From: Hormiphora californensis
Lineage: Eukaryota; Animalia; Ctenophora
Reading direction: 5' to 3'
DNA: 64,000 nucleotides
Assembly: GCA_020137815.1 (NCBI GenBank)
Contig: CM035353.1
Location: 4,588,001 to 4,652,000, forward strand
Positions 1 through 13,666 of the stretch are shown one piece after another. A program made the position numbers and the translations under genes. The notes beneath the pieces are model-generated. The model did no database searches, was not told where the DNA came from, and saw only the letters and a program-made list of their open reading frames with translations. Position 1 is the first letter of the stretch. The number at the start of each line of letters is the position of its first letter.

Positions 1-199
1 TGTTATAGAGGTTTACCGATTCTAAAAAGTTGTATTTAACCTTGCATTAACCACGTGGTGTGGAATGTCTGCTATTATATGGTACATTCATGCTCATGAT
101 TTACCTCTAAAACGTAATATTAAAATCTCGATCTCGAAGACTCATTATCACTACGAATAGCAGTCTCTATTATAATTTAGAAACACATATTATTTATAA

Positions 200-381
200 G
201 TCAGGTCCTGCTAAAGCTTATAGCCTCCTTTTCCAATGTGTACATGCAGTGATGCAACCCTCCGCTCTGGAGTAGCTTCATTCAGGATAAATAGTTGCGT
301 TAACCGGTCCAACCATCCTCTTAAAGAGTCAGCTTGTCCGTCCCAAGCTTCTATGCTGCTTACCATCTTCGTCGCCATTTG
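200..381 (-). pseudogene. Gypsy (Mag-like) LTR retrotransposon 5' remnant: LTR end, PBS and gag N-terminus
   Basis: Minus strand reads ...GAACA-AA-TGGCGACGA-AG-ATG, i.e. LTR CA end, a PBS typical of Mag-type Gypsy elements, then ATG at 366. Translation MVSSIEAWDGQADSLRGWLDRLTQLFILNEATPERRVASLHVHIGKGGYKL*QDL resembles a Gypsy gag N-terminus. It has an in-frame stop and then truncates. Confidence 0.65.
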
Positions 382-1034
382 TTCTACCTTGCTAATTGGA
401 GAGAACTGATTAACTAGGATCTATGATAACTTTGATTGGTGATAACTTTGATTCTTTGATTTTGTTGACTGCTAACACATGCTTTGATTTGTTGTTTAGG
501 AACTGTTCAAAATATATAAAAACGTCGGACAAATTGGAATAAATAAATCTCGCTCTGCCAGCGTGCGCAGCCTCGTACAACTACAAAAGTTAGAAGCCGC
601 GCGTGCTGACCCTAACACTTACATATTGTCAAGATGACAAAAATGATGCATTTCTGCCACCATTGATCACTACAGAGGCCTACCTTTCGCCAATCCGGTA
701 CCGGGAGATCTAAAAACAATGATGCGAAAATTGAGTCCCCTCCGCTGCCCAGAAACCCGACCGGCTTCAGAGCAACCCCCATATCTGCTAGCACTAAAGG
801 TTCGGTGGATAATTCCAGTTGCCTGGGGTCCTTCTATTCCCCCCTGTGCTTTAGCCAGGTTGCCTCTTTCCGTCGCCTTAATTGCCTCCATCCGCTCCTG
901 GTTTTACTTCTTCATCTCCTTTTTCTTTTCCTCCATTAGCTTTCACCTCTATATCTGTCAAATTAACACAAACGCACACATAAAATAGTCGGGCCAAGAT
1001 TTTTTATCTTTGTTCCGGCCTCGCACACGATTAT

Positions 1035-1650
1035 TCAGCGAACAAGCCACACACCGCACTTATGTTGCCGAAAAGCATTTAATAACTTTTTTTTAAATAA
1101 CATGAATAAATTAATTTCAGTGCCGAAAATCCCGCAAGATTTGGAGGCAATGTACTGTTGCTGTTCTGGGACCGTCATTCCGTAATAGCCGAAAACGGCC
1201 CAACATAACGCTGCAGGCCAGTCCTCATCTTCATATGTCGCATCTGCACGGTCGTAAACATGGCCTTCCGGCACTACGATTACGCTGTTCCAGGGCCTCC
1301 TCTCCAAGGGTTCACCGCGGGCAAACCGTGTCCAATCTTTCGGGACAGGCTCTGTTTCCTGGAGGGTCCTTTGCGCGTTCCATCGGTCGGCCTCCAATAT
1401 ACATTGTTCCGCCTCACAAGGTTGGTCCGGCTCCAACTCCCGGTTCAGCCGGTGGGGGCATAGATGATGTGCCATGGTACTGGAAGGGGGATAAGGATTT
1501 TAGTTCCTGATCCATATGGGATCTGAGAGGGTGTCGGAGGAATCCATAAGGGATTCCCAATCCAAGCATGGTCACTGGACAGTTAGAGTTGACCTCCCAC
1601 GTATGTGCATGTACAACCAGGCGCATATAATTGACAAAATCGGCTGTTAA
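1035..1650 (-). pseudogene. Uncharacterised protein-like reading frame (146-aa ORF plus a frameshifted upstream 70-aa ORF after an AG acceptor)
   Basis: ORFs 1414..1626 and 1035..1475 overlap in different frames and have globular-protein composition; a ttaacag acceptor lies upstream. No family recognised. Confidence 0.35.
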
Positions 1651-2766
1651 CTAAATACTGACTATCACACTGTTAATTCTCCTGTATAATTATCTATATT
1701 ATAAAGCAGAGAACCTTGCAAGACAATTGGTTTTTGGGGGATTTTAGGGCTTGCACGTGGAAAATTGGCATGTTGTTAGGGGTGTTTGGTGGGGTTTAGG
1801 GCGTGCACGTGCGTGTGTAAAGGTTTTATAAATTTGGGGGATAATAGCTCTTTGGAAAGAGCTTGATATTATCTTTCTAATGAGCCCAAGATTTTTGAAA
1901 TTGGTTGAGAAATGACCGAGTTATGAGGGAAATGGTGAAAAATGAGGGAAAATGTGGGGTTCTGAACTGTTTCAGATCACAGATTGAGAGAGGGGTGAGG
2001 GGAGTATTCATTATGGCGTTATAGGGGAGTGAATAGGGGACGATATGATTCAATAGGGGCCGAGGGGAGTCAATAGGGCCGAGGGGGATAAGAGGGGTGA
2101 GGACTGAGGCGAGGAAGGGGGCGTGGATTATGATCTCGCGACCGGAGGTGCCGCGAAGCGGCGCCGTAGGGAGCAAAGTAGGCATGAGCCAGGGATCGGG
2201 ATTGAGAGGAGTCAATAGCATAGGGTGTGAGAGTTTTTTATTCTTTTGCCTGGGCTCTCTAGTTATATATAATGTATTATGAAACCCGATAGCTGATTTA
2301 TCAGTCATTTGAAGAATTTGCGCGCTCATGATAACTGCTAGCTGGGAGATTTAACACCCTGCTCGCGTGTTAACAGTCCCGCTCTCTTTTTCACGCATTT
2401 CTCTTCATTTGAATAACATGCGTGTAAAATTCTAAGTATTGAAAATGTGTGTAAACACACAGTTCTGTCAACAAAAGAAAGGGGAAACATGTCTGCAACA
2501 CGTTTCAATGTTATCTCTCTCATAAGGAGTGAAAGAATCACATTCCATTCATTTTCTCTCTCATTGTCTCTTTTACTGTTCACTACCTCTGACAGTGTGT
2601 ATTGCCCCTAATCTTTCTCTCTCTTTCTCAAACATGTTAGGAACAGTAGCCACTAAGTCTACACACATTTTCAGGGTGTCTGTTGTCTATTTGCCAGCAG
2701 TCCTAGTGTGTTTCACCTTGTGTTGTGTCTCTTATTTATGTGTAATTACTATCGGGTTTCATAAAA

Positions 2767-2957
2767 TATGAACGTTTGTTAGCCTATCGCGTTATAGTTT
2801 AAATCACCTCCCCCTCACCCTCGGCTGGCGCCTCGGGATCGCGTCGGGATTTAAACCAGTTTAATCGCCCTGCCGGGCGATTAAACTCCATGTGGCTGTC
2901 CCCAGCTCGCGCTGGGAACAGCCAACTTCATAACGCGCCAGTCTACAAACGTTCATA
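2767..2957. repeat. Multi-hairpin non-autonomous element
   Basis: Outer inverted repeat TATGAACGTTTGT...ACAAACGTTCATA encloses hairpins TTTAATCGCCC-tgcc-GGGCGATTAAA and TGGCTGTCCCAGC-tcgc-GCTGGGAACAGCCA. Confidence 0.55.
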
Positions 2958-4239
2958 CTTCATATATAAAGCATACTAATTGTCACCTACAATTAGTGAG
3001 TGTTTGTAGAGCCACGACATCCCGATAGGGTCAATTTCGTGTCCTACACACAAACCTTAGACCAATGTCGAGATTATAATTTCGTTTCTACTTTCAAATG
3101 CGTCTAATTAAAACTTCTTAACCTTTTATAAAAACATACTCATACGAGGAGACGATCCGTCTAACTATCGAAAACGGAGGCCCTACTATTCCAGTTTAAG
3201 TCAATTTCGTATATCTTGTATCGGAAGCGCACATCGACTGACTGGTTTATCTTAACTAATTATTGATAGGGATATAGTTTAACTGACTTACCGTCCTTAA
3301 CACACTGATCTTTGTTAATTTTCTTCCTTCATCCAGGTTGGGTATCTCCACCCGGAATGTCACCTCTGTTGCCTCGTAATTCGCATTCGCTGCATCTAGT
3401 AGGCATCTAGAGTAATCTACAGCATGGGCAACTTCTCAAGGAACCGCCCAAATTTCTCAACTGCTAATTTAAATTGGGTAGAATGACTAGCTGCTTCACT
3501 GCCTATGGTTCTGATCGCTACCCCAACATGGGGTAATGGAGCAGCTTTTCTAGTACCTGCTGTCCAATAGTATACTTAGCTATTAGAACTGCACGTTGCC
3601 TCTCCTGCAGAAATTCTCAGCTGCACCCACTAATGTATATAAAAGGTATAAAATTAAAATTTATAAACTTTATATTAACCATTGGTCATTGCCCACCATA
3701 GAGACGCTGAAATGAGAACTCGACGTCTTCAGTAAATACAATGTTGTCTTCTAATTGCTTGTATTCCTTCATCGGTCTGGTAGGTTGTAATATTACTACG
3801 ACCCGCTTGAGATTATTTAAACTTAATAATCCGTCCACAATAAGTTCAGTGTATCATGTTTATCCACACTTATTTATTCGATACTATTCTTAATGTATAT
3901 TCTTTATCTATTATCATGTTATCGAGATTGGGGGCTGCTCACTTAGTGATGCCATCCATCTCGGTATTGCGGAATCGGTTAAATAGTGTTGAAAAGTTTT
4001 CCAAGGTATTTATTCAACGTCTGCGTCCTTGTTTCCAAAATCAATGGTGCCGGACTCTCCTAAAATATGATCTATGAAGTGTGTATACAACATACACATT
4101 TAAATTTGACTTCTGATCAAATTTTGGTTGATAGTATTAGTACTGTTAGTCCTATAGTTAGTACTACACGACCCACTTAACTAGAGCTAAAGTTTTTGAA
4201 TATTACCCGAAGACTGTTAAGTTTTCATTCATGAAATCT

Positions 4240-4350
4240 TTACCGCCATATTTATTCCCATTGATAGAGCTGTGGTGGAGATAATGATCTTAATCCTACC
4301 TTCCATATATTTTGAAACTCATCATGAATTAGTTCTTTTTTAATAGTTCG
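4240..4350 (-). pseudogene. RecQ-like SF2 helicase C-terminal fragment (AcademH-like)
   Basis: Manual translation MEGRIKIIISTTALSMGINMA matches helicase motif V (RecQ ATxAFGMGID); flanks are frameshifted. Confidence 0.65.
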
Positions 4351-4815
4351 CTTGTTTTAGCGGCCCTACCAGAAGTTAGACTAACGTGGACATCGTCAAA
4401 CGAATGTACACCGGTGTACAGAGTTTCTCTTTACTATTCACATCATTTACATTCTAAAAATATGATGACTGGTATCGCCCTGCTGCTGTGCGCGGGCATA
4501 TCAACTTACTACTATTAGATAGTAGTGGTACTAAAGCTGAAGTCTAAAGGATTGTTTCTATTCGGTTTGAGTACTATATAAGTGATTGTGAAACAGTAGT
4601 ATTGAGTACTTATGTGCCTCGCCCGGCTAATCTAGTGAATCTCCTTGCTGTACAGCTTGTTAAACAAGGAAGTGAAACTAGAGGGTTCTGTACAGAGTTT
4701 CTCTTTACTATTCACATCATTTACATTCTAAAAATATAAATAAAAGAGTTTGTACAAAACAAGTGTACATCTGAAAAAGTATAGCAGAATATATGCAGAA
4801 TGTACTGATACCATT

Positions 4816-7800
4816 CTGCCCCTTTTTTTTAGAATGAAGTATTTGCAATTTTGGCGATTTTGAGTTATTTATACCATCTTGATCAGGAGAAAAAGATCTA
4901 CAAGATGGGCTAAGTCTCGTGTCTCAATCTTCAAAAAATAGAGTGAAGTGTTTTTTTGAATACTTTTATTTTTGAAAAACTGCAGAAAATGAAGCAAATG
5001 GCAATTGCTTCGCTAATATAATTCGGAAATAATATCTGCTTCGTTAAACTTTTCTACCATAGAAGTAATAACCGCAGAAAAATTTGCTTCAGTTGTTTGC
5101 TTCATTTAAAAATTCTATGAAATACTTCAATCAGCTGCAGATTTGTTTGAAGTATTGTCCACTCAGAAGATACTTCACTTCATTTACTTCAATTTGAAAA
5201 TGCTTCATAAATCAGTTGCAGATTTTGTTTGAAGTATTTTCAAATCAGAAGATACTTCACTTCATTTACTTCAATTTGAAAATGCTTCATAAATCTGTGG
5301 AATTCAAATGCTTCTTGTCGCATCCAGAAAAAATACTTCAAACTGAATACTTCATTTTTTATTATAATATGTGCCATTTATAACACAAGTCCGGCCAAAT
5401 GAAGTAATTTCCAAGATTTGTTCTTTGCTGCAGCATCATCATGATGAAGGTCGAACGGAGGCGATCCCTATAATAATTATTCTATTCTGAGTAATTATAA
5501 TTATCGTTCACATCTCGAATACTCATCCTCACCGTCACAACTACGTCATCCAATCTCATTCTTCGAACTTAGAACCCCACATTCAAAGGTAGCATTATGT
5601 TCCAGTACCGTACTGTCGTAACGACACAACACAACCAGTTGTTGTACTCAACAAGTGGAGAAGAGATGTCTGGGGGCCGGGTGATCATGTTCTGGGATTA
5701 TCTCTATGTAAGAGTGTCACTCTGAGACAAAGAGAGAGAGACACCACAAACAGTGTTGTCAAACACTGACCTCTAAGGTTTTATAAGTTATTGCCCTAGC
5801 GTTTGGTTTCAAATTTACATCATTCCGAAAGGCTAGGGGGCCAGCTGCAGCTGGTTTGAAAACTCAACCTGTCTGGAGTTCAAATAGTAGCTAACGGACA
5901 TCCGGTGTATCGTATCATGCTGCAGCGGTACAATGTTTCTGTCACTCTCAGACTGTTGTAAAATAGTAAAAAATATAGGGTAAGCCTTTCTCCCACCACA
6001 CGCAGCTGCTGCTTAGTTAGCCACCATGTACATTGAATGTATACCGTTTCGTTTGTCTCTCCTATTGCATTACAATAAACCGTTTTATTATGATAATAAT
6101 TATTGTTATCAGGACGTGATTTAAAAGCACGTTACCCTGTTTTTGATGAAACTTCGGAGCCACGAGGGTTAATTGACTATGACTATGACTATGACTATGA
6201 CTATGGTCTGTCATGGTCTGTCATGGTCTGTCATGGTCTGTCATGCTATAGAGATATCGATAAAGAAAGAGTAAAAAGTAGAGAAAGAGTGAGACAAATT
6301 TGATAAAAAGATAGAGAAAAAATAGAGTTAAAGGTGACAGGCGAGTTAGGAGGCAGGATGACCTAGGGAAGGGGGTGAGTTAGGAGGCAGGATGACCTGG
6401 GGAAGGGGGTGAGTTAGGAGGCAGGATGACCTGGGGAAGGGGGTGAGTTAGGGGTCAGGATAACCTAGGGAAGGGGGTGAGTTAGGAGGCAGGATGACCT
6501 AGGGAAGGGAGTGTGTTAGGAGGCAGGATGACCTAGGGAAGGGGGTGAGTTAGGAGCAGGATAACCTAGGGAAGGGGGTGAGTTAGGGGTCAGGATAACC
6601 TAGGAAGGGGGGTGAGTTAGGAGGCAGATGACCTGGGAAGGGGGGAGTGAGTTGGGTCGGATAACCTAGGGAAGGGGGTGAGTTAGGAGGCAGGATAACC
6701 TAGGGAAGGGGGTGAGTTAGGAGGCAGGATGCCTGGGGAAGGGGTGTGAGTTAGGAGGCAGGATAACCTAGGAAAGGAGGTGAGTTAGGAGGCAGGATGA
6801 CCTAGGGAAGGGGGGAGTTAGGGGTCAGGATAACCTAGGGAAGGGGTGAGTTAGGAGGCAGGATGACCTGGGGAAGGGGGTGAGTTAGGAGGCAGGATGA
6901 CCTAGGAAGGGGGGTGAGTTAGGGGTCAGGATGACCTAGGGAAGGGGGGTGAGTTAGGAGGCAGGATGACCTGGGGAAGGGGGTGAGTTAGGAGGCAGGA
7001 TGACCTGGGGAAGGGGGTGAGTTAGGAGGCAGGATGACCTGGGGAAGGGGGTGAGTTAGGAGGACATAACCTAGGGAAGGGGGTGAGTTAGGGGTCAGGA
7101 TAACCTAGGGAAGGGGGGTGAGTTAGGAGGCAGGATGACCTGGGGAAGGGGTGAGTTAGGGGTCAGGATAACCTAGGGAAGGGGGTGAGTTAGGAGGCAG
7201 GATAACCTAGGGAAGGGGGTGAGTTAGGAGGCAGGATGACCTGGGGAAGGGGTGAGTTTAGGAGGCAGGATACCTAGGGAGGGAGGTGAGTTAGGAGGCA
7301 GGATGACCTAGGGAAGGGGGTGAGTTAGGGGTCAGGATAACCTAGGGAAGGGGGTGAGTTAGGAGGCAGGATGACCTGGGGAAGGGGGTGAGTTAGGGGT
7401 CAGGATAACCTAAGGAAGTGGGGTGAGTTAGGAGGCAGGATGACCTGGGAAGGGGGTGAGTTAGGGGTCAGGATAACCTGGGGAAGGGGGTTGATTACGA
7501 GGCAGGATGACCTGGGGAAGGGGGTGAGTTAGGAGGCAGGATGACCTGGGGAAGGGGGTGAGTTAGGAGGCAATGAGACCTGGGGAAGGGGGTGAGTTAG
7601 GGGTCAGGATAACCTGGGGAAGGGGTGAGTTAGGAGGCAGGATGACCTGGGGAAGGGGGTGAGTTAGGAGGCAGGATGACCTAGGGAAGGGGGGTGAGTT
7701 AGGGGTCGGATGACCTGAGGGAAGGGGGTGAGTTAGGAGGCAGGATGACCTGGGGAAGGGGGTGAGTTAGGAGGCAGGATGACCTGGGGAAGGGGGTGAG

Positions 7801-9287
7801 TTAGGAGGCAGGATGACCTGGGGAAGGGGGGTGAGTGAGGCCTGTCACTTATATCCCTTTGTCACCCCTGTCACCTTATCTCCAATTGTAACCCCTGTCA
7901 CTTTGCCTCCATTGTAACCCTGCACTTGGCCTCCCACTGTCTCCCATGTCACTGAACTATCACACTCACGGGAATTTGAAATGTTTGTAAAAATTAAAGA
8001 ATACGGATACAAATCATCCAAATATTAACAAAATATATGTCATCTAACTGTTCTGTCCTTACATTCCCACACTCCTAGACAAATACTCCTCTTCGTGAAT
8101 AACCCGAATGGAGCAATCTCACTCCCGTTCCCTCTCATCGATATTATCTCTCTGTCAGACCCTTTCTCTATCTCTCAGCACACCGACCGGACCAAATAAC
8201 AACCAATCCAGCTCATTATTCAGGTCACGTGACTGGTTATCAGCCAATCGATTGTTAAAAACATGTAATGAACTGGCCTGTGTGTCTGTTCTGTGTGTCT
8301 GTCTGTGATCTTTTGTATGTCTGTGATCTGTTGTATGTCTGTCATATTTTAGACACGGACCTGTGTAGAGGTCGGAAGAAAATTCTTGAATCTCCAATCT
8401 CCATGTTTCACTCTGATTTACAAGCCGAACTCAACCAATTTCAAAGTATGACTCGTACCGAACAGATTAATCTTCCAGATTTTATCTGCAGGTTCGTCTT
8501 AGTTTGAGGGTTGCCATAGCGTTTTTCTGTTTTCGCTCAATTTATCAGCACCATGATTTTAACATTCCGCCGAAGGGCGGGCGGCCCATCTCTTTATGCT
8601 GCTGCAGGCTGCTGCAGGCTGCTGCAGTTGTAATTTGTGCGTCTGTTTGTCTGTGCGTTCTGTTTGTCTGCAGCTGCTGCTCTGGAGTTACTTTCAAGAC
8701 TAGCAAGAATTCTAACACATTTTACTTCACTGCGTGTTAAATGAAAATTAACTTCGTTTGTGATTTTTCCAAAATATTGAAGTAAGATTGCGATTTTGAA
8801 GCACATTTACACTTTTGTTCGATTAGTTTACTTTAGGCATTTTGAATACAGTTCTGAAGAAGTATTTTTAGGAATGAAGTAATTACTGAAGTATATGCAA
8901 GTGAAGTACTTTTTAGGTGCTTTGTTGCTATTATGATGAAGTATTTTTTGAGTGAAGTAATTACTGAGTATCTACCGAAAAATTATGCTTCAGTCGATTC
9001 AGTCTAGCAACGGAAGTTTTTCAAAACTGTAATATAAGTGAAGTAACCAACGAGTAAGGCATCAATTTTGATGCCTGACATCAATTTGAGACAAATTTGA
9101 TGATAGCTGATAATTGAAGTCCTGCAGAATTCCTTCAGGATTCTTGTGGTATAAGTCATAAATCGTTTGACGTACTATTTGGGCTTCTATGACAATTTTA
9201 GTTCCGAAAAACCCTCTAAAAAACTTTAAAGTCGATTTTCTCGAAACTTAAAAAATGCAAATACTTCATTCTAAAAAAAAGGGGCAG
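4816..9287. mobile_element. Non-autonomous TIR DNA transposon, Sola1-like (4.5 kb)
   Basis: TIRs CTGCCCCTTTTTTTTAGAATGAAGTATTTGCA / TGCAAATACTTCATTCTAAAAAAAAGGGGCAG; 4-bp TSD CATT (4812-4815 and 9288-9291); TGAAGTA/TACTTCA subterminal motifs at both ends; no transposase ORF. Confidence 0.8.
6343..7836 (+). repeat. G-rich ~34-bp minisatellite inside the Sola1-like element
   Basis: Tandem GAGTTAGGAGGCAGGATGACCTGGGGAAGGGGGT and variant GAGTTAGGGGTCAGGATAACCTAGGGAAGGGGGT; about 1.5 kb. Confidence 0.95.
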
Positions 9288-9351
9288 CATTATAGTAACT
9301 AGCAAACTGGGGCGATCGTACCGATCGCTAATCGAGGAATCTGTTTCCATA

Positions 9352-9545
<194 letters not shown>

Positions 9546-9789
9546 CTATCTCTCTGTCTATCGCACTGTCTATCTCACTGTTTGTCTCTCCGTCTATCTC
9601 TCTGTCTCGTTCTGCAGTCTGCGGCCTCTCTGTTTCACTGTCTCTCCTTCACTCTCTCTCTTATGATATATGTTATGTGATGTGATCCCTCTCTTTTTCC
9701 TCTCTCTTCTCTTCCCTTTTATGTATGTGATGTGACCCCTTTAGTTCGCAAGCAGTTCTCTAGCACTTTGTGTATCGTGATACCTACGA

Positions 9790-9892
9790 ATCACGTCGTC
9801 ACACTGACGGATCACGTCGTCACCTGACGGATCACGGTCGTCACAGTGACGGATACGTCGTCACAGTGACGTATCACGTCGTCACACTGACG
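9790..9892 (+). repeat. ~21-bp tandem repeat (about 5 copies)
   Basis: Repeated TCACGTCGTCACACTGACGGA variants. Confidence 0.85.
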
Positions 9893-10068
9893 ATAGGGTG
9901 TCACATTTCCACCCAAATTTGCATTAGATATAGTTAGATAGATCGGCAATGTTGGTTTTAATTCTATACCAATAAGTCACCGTGTTTTTCAATAGCCTAT
10001 TTCAATAGATATGCTATGTCAATCCACAGTCTGACAGAGTTGAACAGAATATTGTGTATTAGCGGCTA

Positions 10069-10281
10069 TTATACAACCTGTTTTTGGAGGTATGATTCAT
10101 ATTTCAATGAATCCGGAGTCTCTAACATTATAACATAGTAACACCCTTCAATATTTATTCCCATTGACAGGGCTGTAGTGGCAATGATAATTCTAATATT
10201 GCCCTGGGTGTTTTGCAGATCATCAACTATTTCTTTTTTAATAGATCGCTTATTTGAGCGGTGTCTGACAGAGTTGAACAA
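10069..10281 (-). pseudogene. RecQ-like SF2 helicase fragment (AcademH-like), copy A
   Basis: KKEIVDDLQNTQGNIRIIIATTALSMGINIEGCYYVIM...ESYLQ covers the helicase motif V/VI region of RecQ-type helicases. Confidence 0.75.
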
Positions 10282-11028
10282 AAGATAATGATGACGTTAT
10301 CCAACTCTTGGAGCTCTGGATTAAGTGCCGGTGCGTACTTCACGTAATCCAAACTCCTCCCTGTCTTTCATCATTTTCCGTCCAACATTTGACAGTTTTA
10401 TACCAATTAATCAATTCATAAACAGTTTTATATCAATAATAAAATTCAAATCTTAACACGACATTTATTAGGCTCAGTAAAATGTTGCTTTCCCGAAAGA
10501 TGAATAGACAGCTTTATGCCAATCAAATCTACAATGTTTATATTTATAATTCCAATGAAGTTGAAAATACTTTACATGTAGTAAAAAAAGTTCGAAAAAA
10601 GATGATACAGGTCAGAAAATATGATGCAAAAGTGAAGAAAAAACAGAAATGATGAATAAAGTAAAAAATGGGTAGTATGGTAGTTAAGGTCGTGCGCACT
10701 TTTTGGCGCCATTTGGCGCCAATTGGCGCCAACTTGGCGCCACGTGGCGCCACGTGGCGATTTTTTGGCGCCAAAGCGCCCAAAATTTGGCGATTGCGCC
10801 ACAACCGCCAATTTGGCGCCAAAATGGCGCCAAGTTGGCGATTTTTTTGGCGCCAAATGGCGCCACGTAGCGCCAAGTGGCGCCACGTGGCGATTGTAAA
10901 TCGCCAAGTGGTTGGCGATATTTGGCGGTACCGCCACGTGGCGATGCGAATTTGTCTGAATAAACTGTGTCCATCGCCAAGTGGCGCCAAATTGGCGCCA
11001 AATTGGCGCCATGTACTTTTCACTCTTG

Positions 11029-12073
11029 GGTAGAAGGGTCACGGCCCTTGAACACCGCCACGTGGCGGTTTTAACCGCCAGTGGCCCCTGGACGTGGCGT
11101 CAATTCTCAGGACGTGGCGCCAATGAGCCTTTTTGGCGGTGTTCATGTGGCGTTAATATCGAAATTGGCGCTTCGAATGGCGCTTTTCTTTTTTGGCCCT
11201 AGGGACGTGGCGTTGGCCCCAGGACGTGGCGTCAATTTTGAGTGGCGGAGATGTCAAAATTTTTTGGCGCTTTCGGTGACGCCACACCCGAAAAATTCGA
11301 ATCGCACGCCAATTTGTTTTTTTGGCCTATCATTTGGTGCTAATTTTTGGCGCTAGTTTTTTTGGCGCCATGTAAATTGGCGCCATATAACTGATACCAG
11401 AAACCCCTAGTGGCCCCTAGGGACCCCCAGGAGGCGCTAGAGTCACCTAAAAAGCCCCCTAGAAGGCTCCAAGAGACCCTAGAGGCCACTAGAGTCGATT
11501 AGAGTCCCTCAAAAGCCCAGAAAGATCGAATGCAGCCCCAGATGAGCACACAAGGCCCCCAAAAAGCCTAGAGTTCTCTAGAGGTCCCCTGAAACGCCCC
11601 AAGAGGACACCAGAGGTCCCTGTGTCCGTAGAAGTCCCTAAAGACCCACAGAGGCATCAGGATTGAACAGTTAAAAAAGGCTGTGTTTATATAAATATAT
11701 CGCCATGAGAACTTAATTAGCGCCATGTAAATGGCGCTAATAATACTTTGGCGCTTTGATGTGGCGCCAACTATGTGGCGTCAATTATTGACGCCACACC
11801 GAAAATTCAAAAAACCACGTGGCGCTAAAATCGACAAAAATCCATTGGCGCCATCCTCTCAAAATTGACGCCACTATCCTGGGGCCAACGCCACGTCCCT
11901 GGGCCAAAAAGAAAAGCGCCAATTCGAAGCGCCATTTTCGACTATTAACGCCACATGAACACCGCCAAAAAGGCTCATTGGCGCCACGTCCTGAGAATTG
12001 ACGCCACGTCCAGGGGCCACGTGGCGGTTAAAACCGCCACGTGGCGGTGTTCAAGGGCCGTGGCCTTTCTACC
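11029..12073. mobile_element. Merlin-like MITE nested in the previous element
   Basis: TIRs GGTAGAA(G/A)GG(T/C)CACGGCCCTTGAACACCGCC, ~250-bp inverted arms, 8-bp TSD CACTCTTG (11021-11028 and 12074-12081). Confidence 0.9.
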
Positions 12074-13587
12074 CACTCTTGGCGCCAAATTGGCGCCACT
12101 TGGCGAGTGGGAACATTCAGAAGCGGAAATTAACCACCTCTTTGCCGCAATCTTGGCGCCAAATTAGCGCTGCTTGGCGATTGCCGCCAACTTAGCGCCA
12201 ATTTGGCGCCAAAATGGCGATTGGCGCCAAATTAGCGCCAAATGGCGCTACTTGGCGCCAATTTAGCGCCAAATTGGCGATTGGATACAAATCGCCAACT
12301 TAGCGCCAAAATGGCGCCAAAATGGCGATTGGCGCCAAATTAAGCGCCATTTGGCGCCAAGTGGCGCTGCTTGGCCAATTTAGCGCCAAATTGGCGATTG
12401 GATACAAATCGCCAACTTAGCGCTAATTGGCGATTTGTATCCAATCGCCAATTTGGTGCTAAATTGGCGCCAAGCAGCGCCATTTGGCGCTAAGTTGGCG
12501 ACAATCGCCAAATTGGCGCCAATTTGGCGCTAAGTTGGCGATTTATATCCAATCGCCAATTTGGCGCCAAATTGGCGCCAAGCAGCGCCACTTGGCGCCA
12601 AATTGGCGCTAATTTGGCGCCAATCGCCATTTTGGCGCTAAGTTGGCGATTTGTATCCAATCGCCAAATTGGCGCTAATTTTGCGCCAATCGCCATTTTG
12701 GCGCCAAATTGGCGCTAAGTTGGCGGCAATCGCCAAGCAGCGCCAATTTGGCGCTAAGTTGGCGATTTGTATCTAATCGCCATTTTAGCGCCAAATTGGG
12801 CGCCGCTTGGCGCCATTTGGCGCCACTTGGCGATAGGAATTCCTCTGATGGACGTATGAATTTTTGGGAATTTTAGGTACTATCGCCAATTCGGCGCCAA
12901 TTTGGCGGCCACTTGGCGATGGACACAGTTTATTCAGACAAATTCGCATCGCCACGTGGCGGTACCGGCCAAATACCGCCAACATTGGCGATTTACAATC
13001 GCCACGTGGCGCCACTGGCGCTACGTGGCGCCATTTGGCGCCAAAAAATCGCCAACTTGGGGTAGTCCCGCCATGGCGGTAGTCAATCGCCACATGGCGG
13101 TTGCAATCGCCATGTGGCGGTCGGGAGTGGCGCATACCACGGAAGTGGCGCCATACATGCCTGGCGGTACTTAGATGGCGGTGGAGTTGGCGCCAGTTGT
13201 TGAATTTGGCGCTAACTTGTGGCGCCCAACAAAAAAAGGTTTTCTGGAGTGGCGCCACACCACTGGAGTGGCGCCACATAAAAAAGTGGCGCCACTCAAA
13301 ATATTTTGTAACGCCAACATATGGCACTGTTTGACTACCGCCACCGCCATCCTTATTGGCGCTAACGTATCTGGATGGCGCCAACATTTATGTGGCGCCA
13401 CTCCTTGTATGGCGCATATGTGGCTTTTTACCGTTTTTTGCTAATTTTGAGCACCTTTAAAGCCAAATAACGGCTAAACGGTTGAAGTGGAGCTTAAAAG
13501 TCCGACGTCGACCCCCCATAACTTGGCCATTGCCATAACAAAATTGCACCCAGTGAAAAGTCTCTTAACAATTCCTACGTTGGCTAT

Positions 13588-13645
13588 GGAGGCGCCTGGC
13601 GCATTGTCGCATTGTGCGCGTCTCAAACACTAGTTCCTCACCTCC
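13588..13645. mobile_element. 58-bp mini-insertion with GGAGG/CCTCC ends and a putative AT TSD
   Basis: The homologous module at ~51655 reads GGCTATAGCC without the insert; here it reads GGCT-AT-[GGAGG...CCTCC]-AT-AGCC. Confidence 0.5.
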
Positions 13646-13666
13646 ATAGCCATATAATAGCCTTAA

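Noticed and set aside
1694-2262. Helitron-like element (TCTATATTATA start, GC hairpin, CTAG)
   Set aside because: The hairpin is ~95 bp from the CTAG and the ends are ambiguous; insufficient support.
4415-4737. ~48-bp direct repeat as an LTR pair
   Set aside because: Too short, with no PBS, PPT or TSD.
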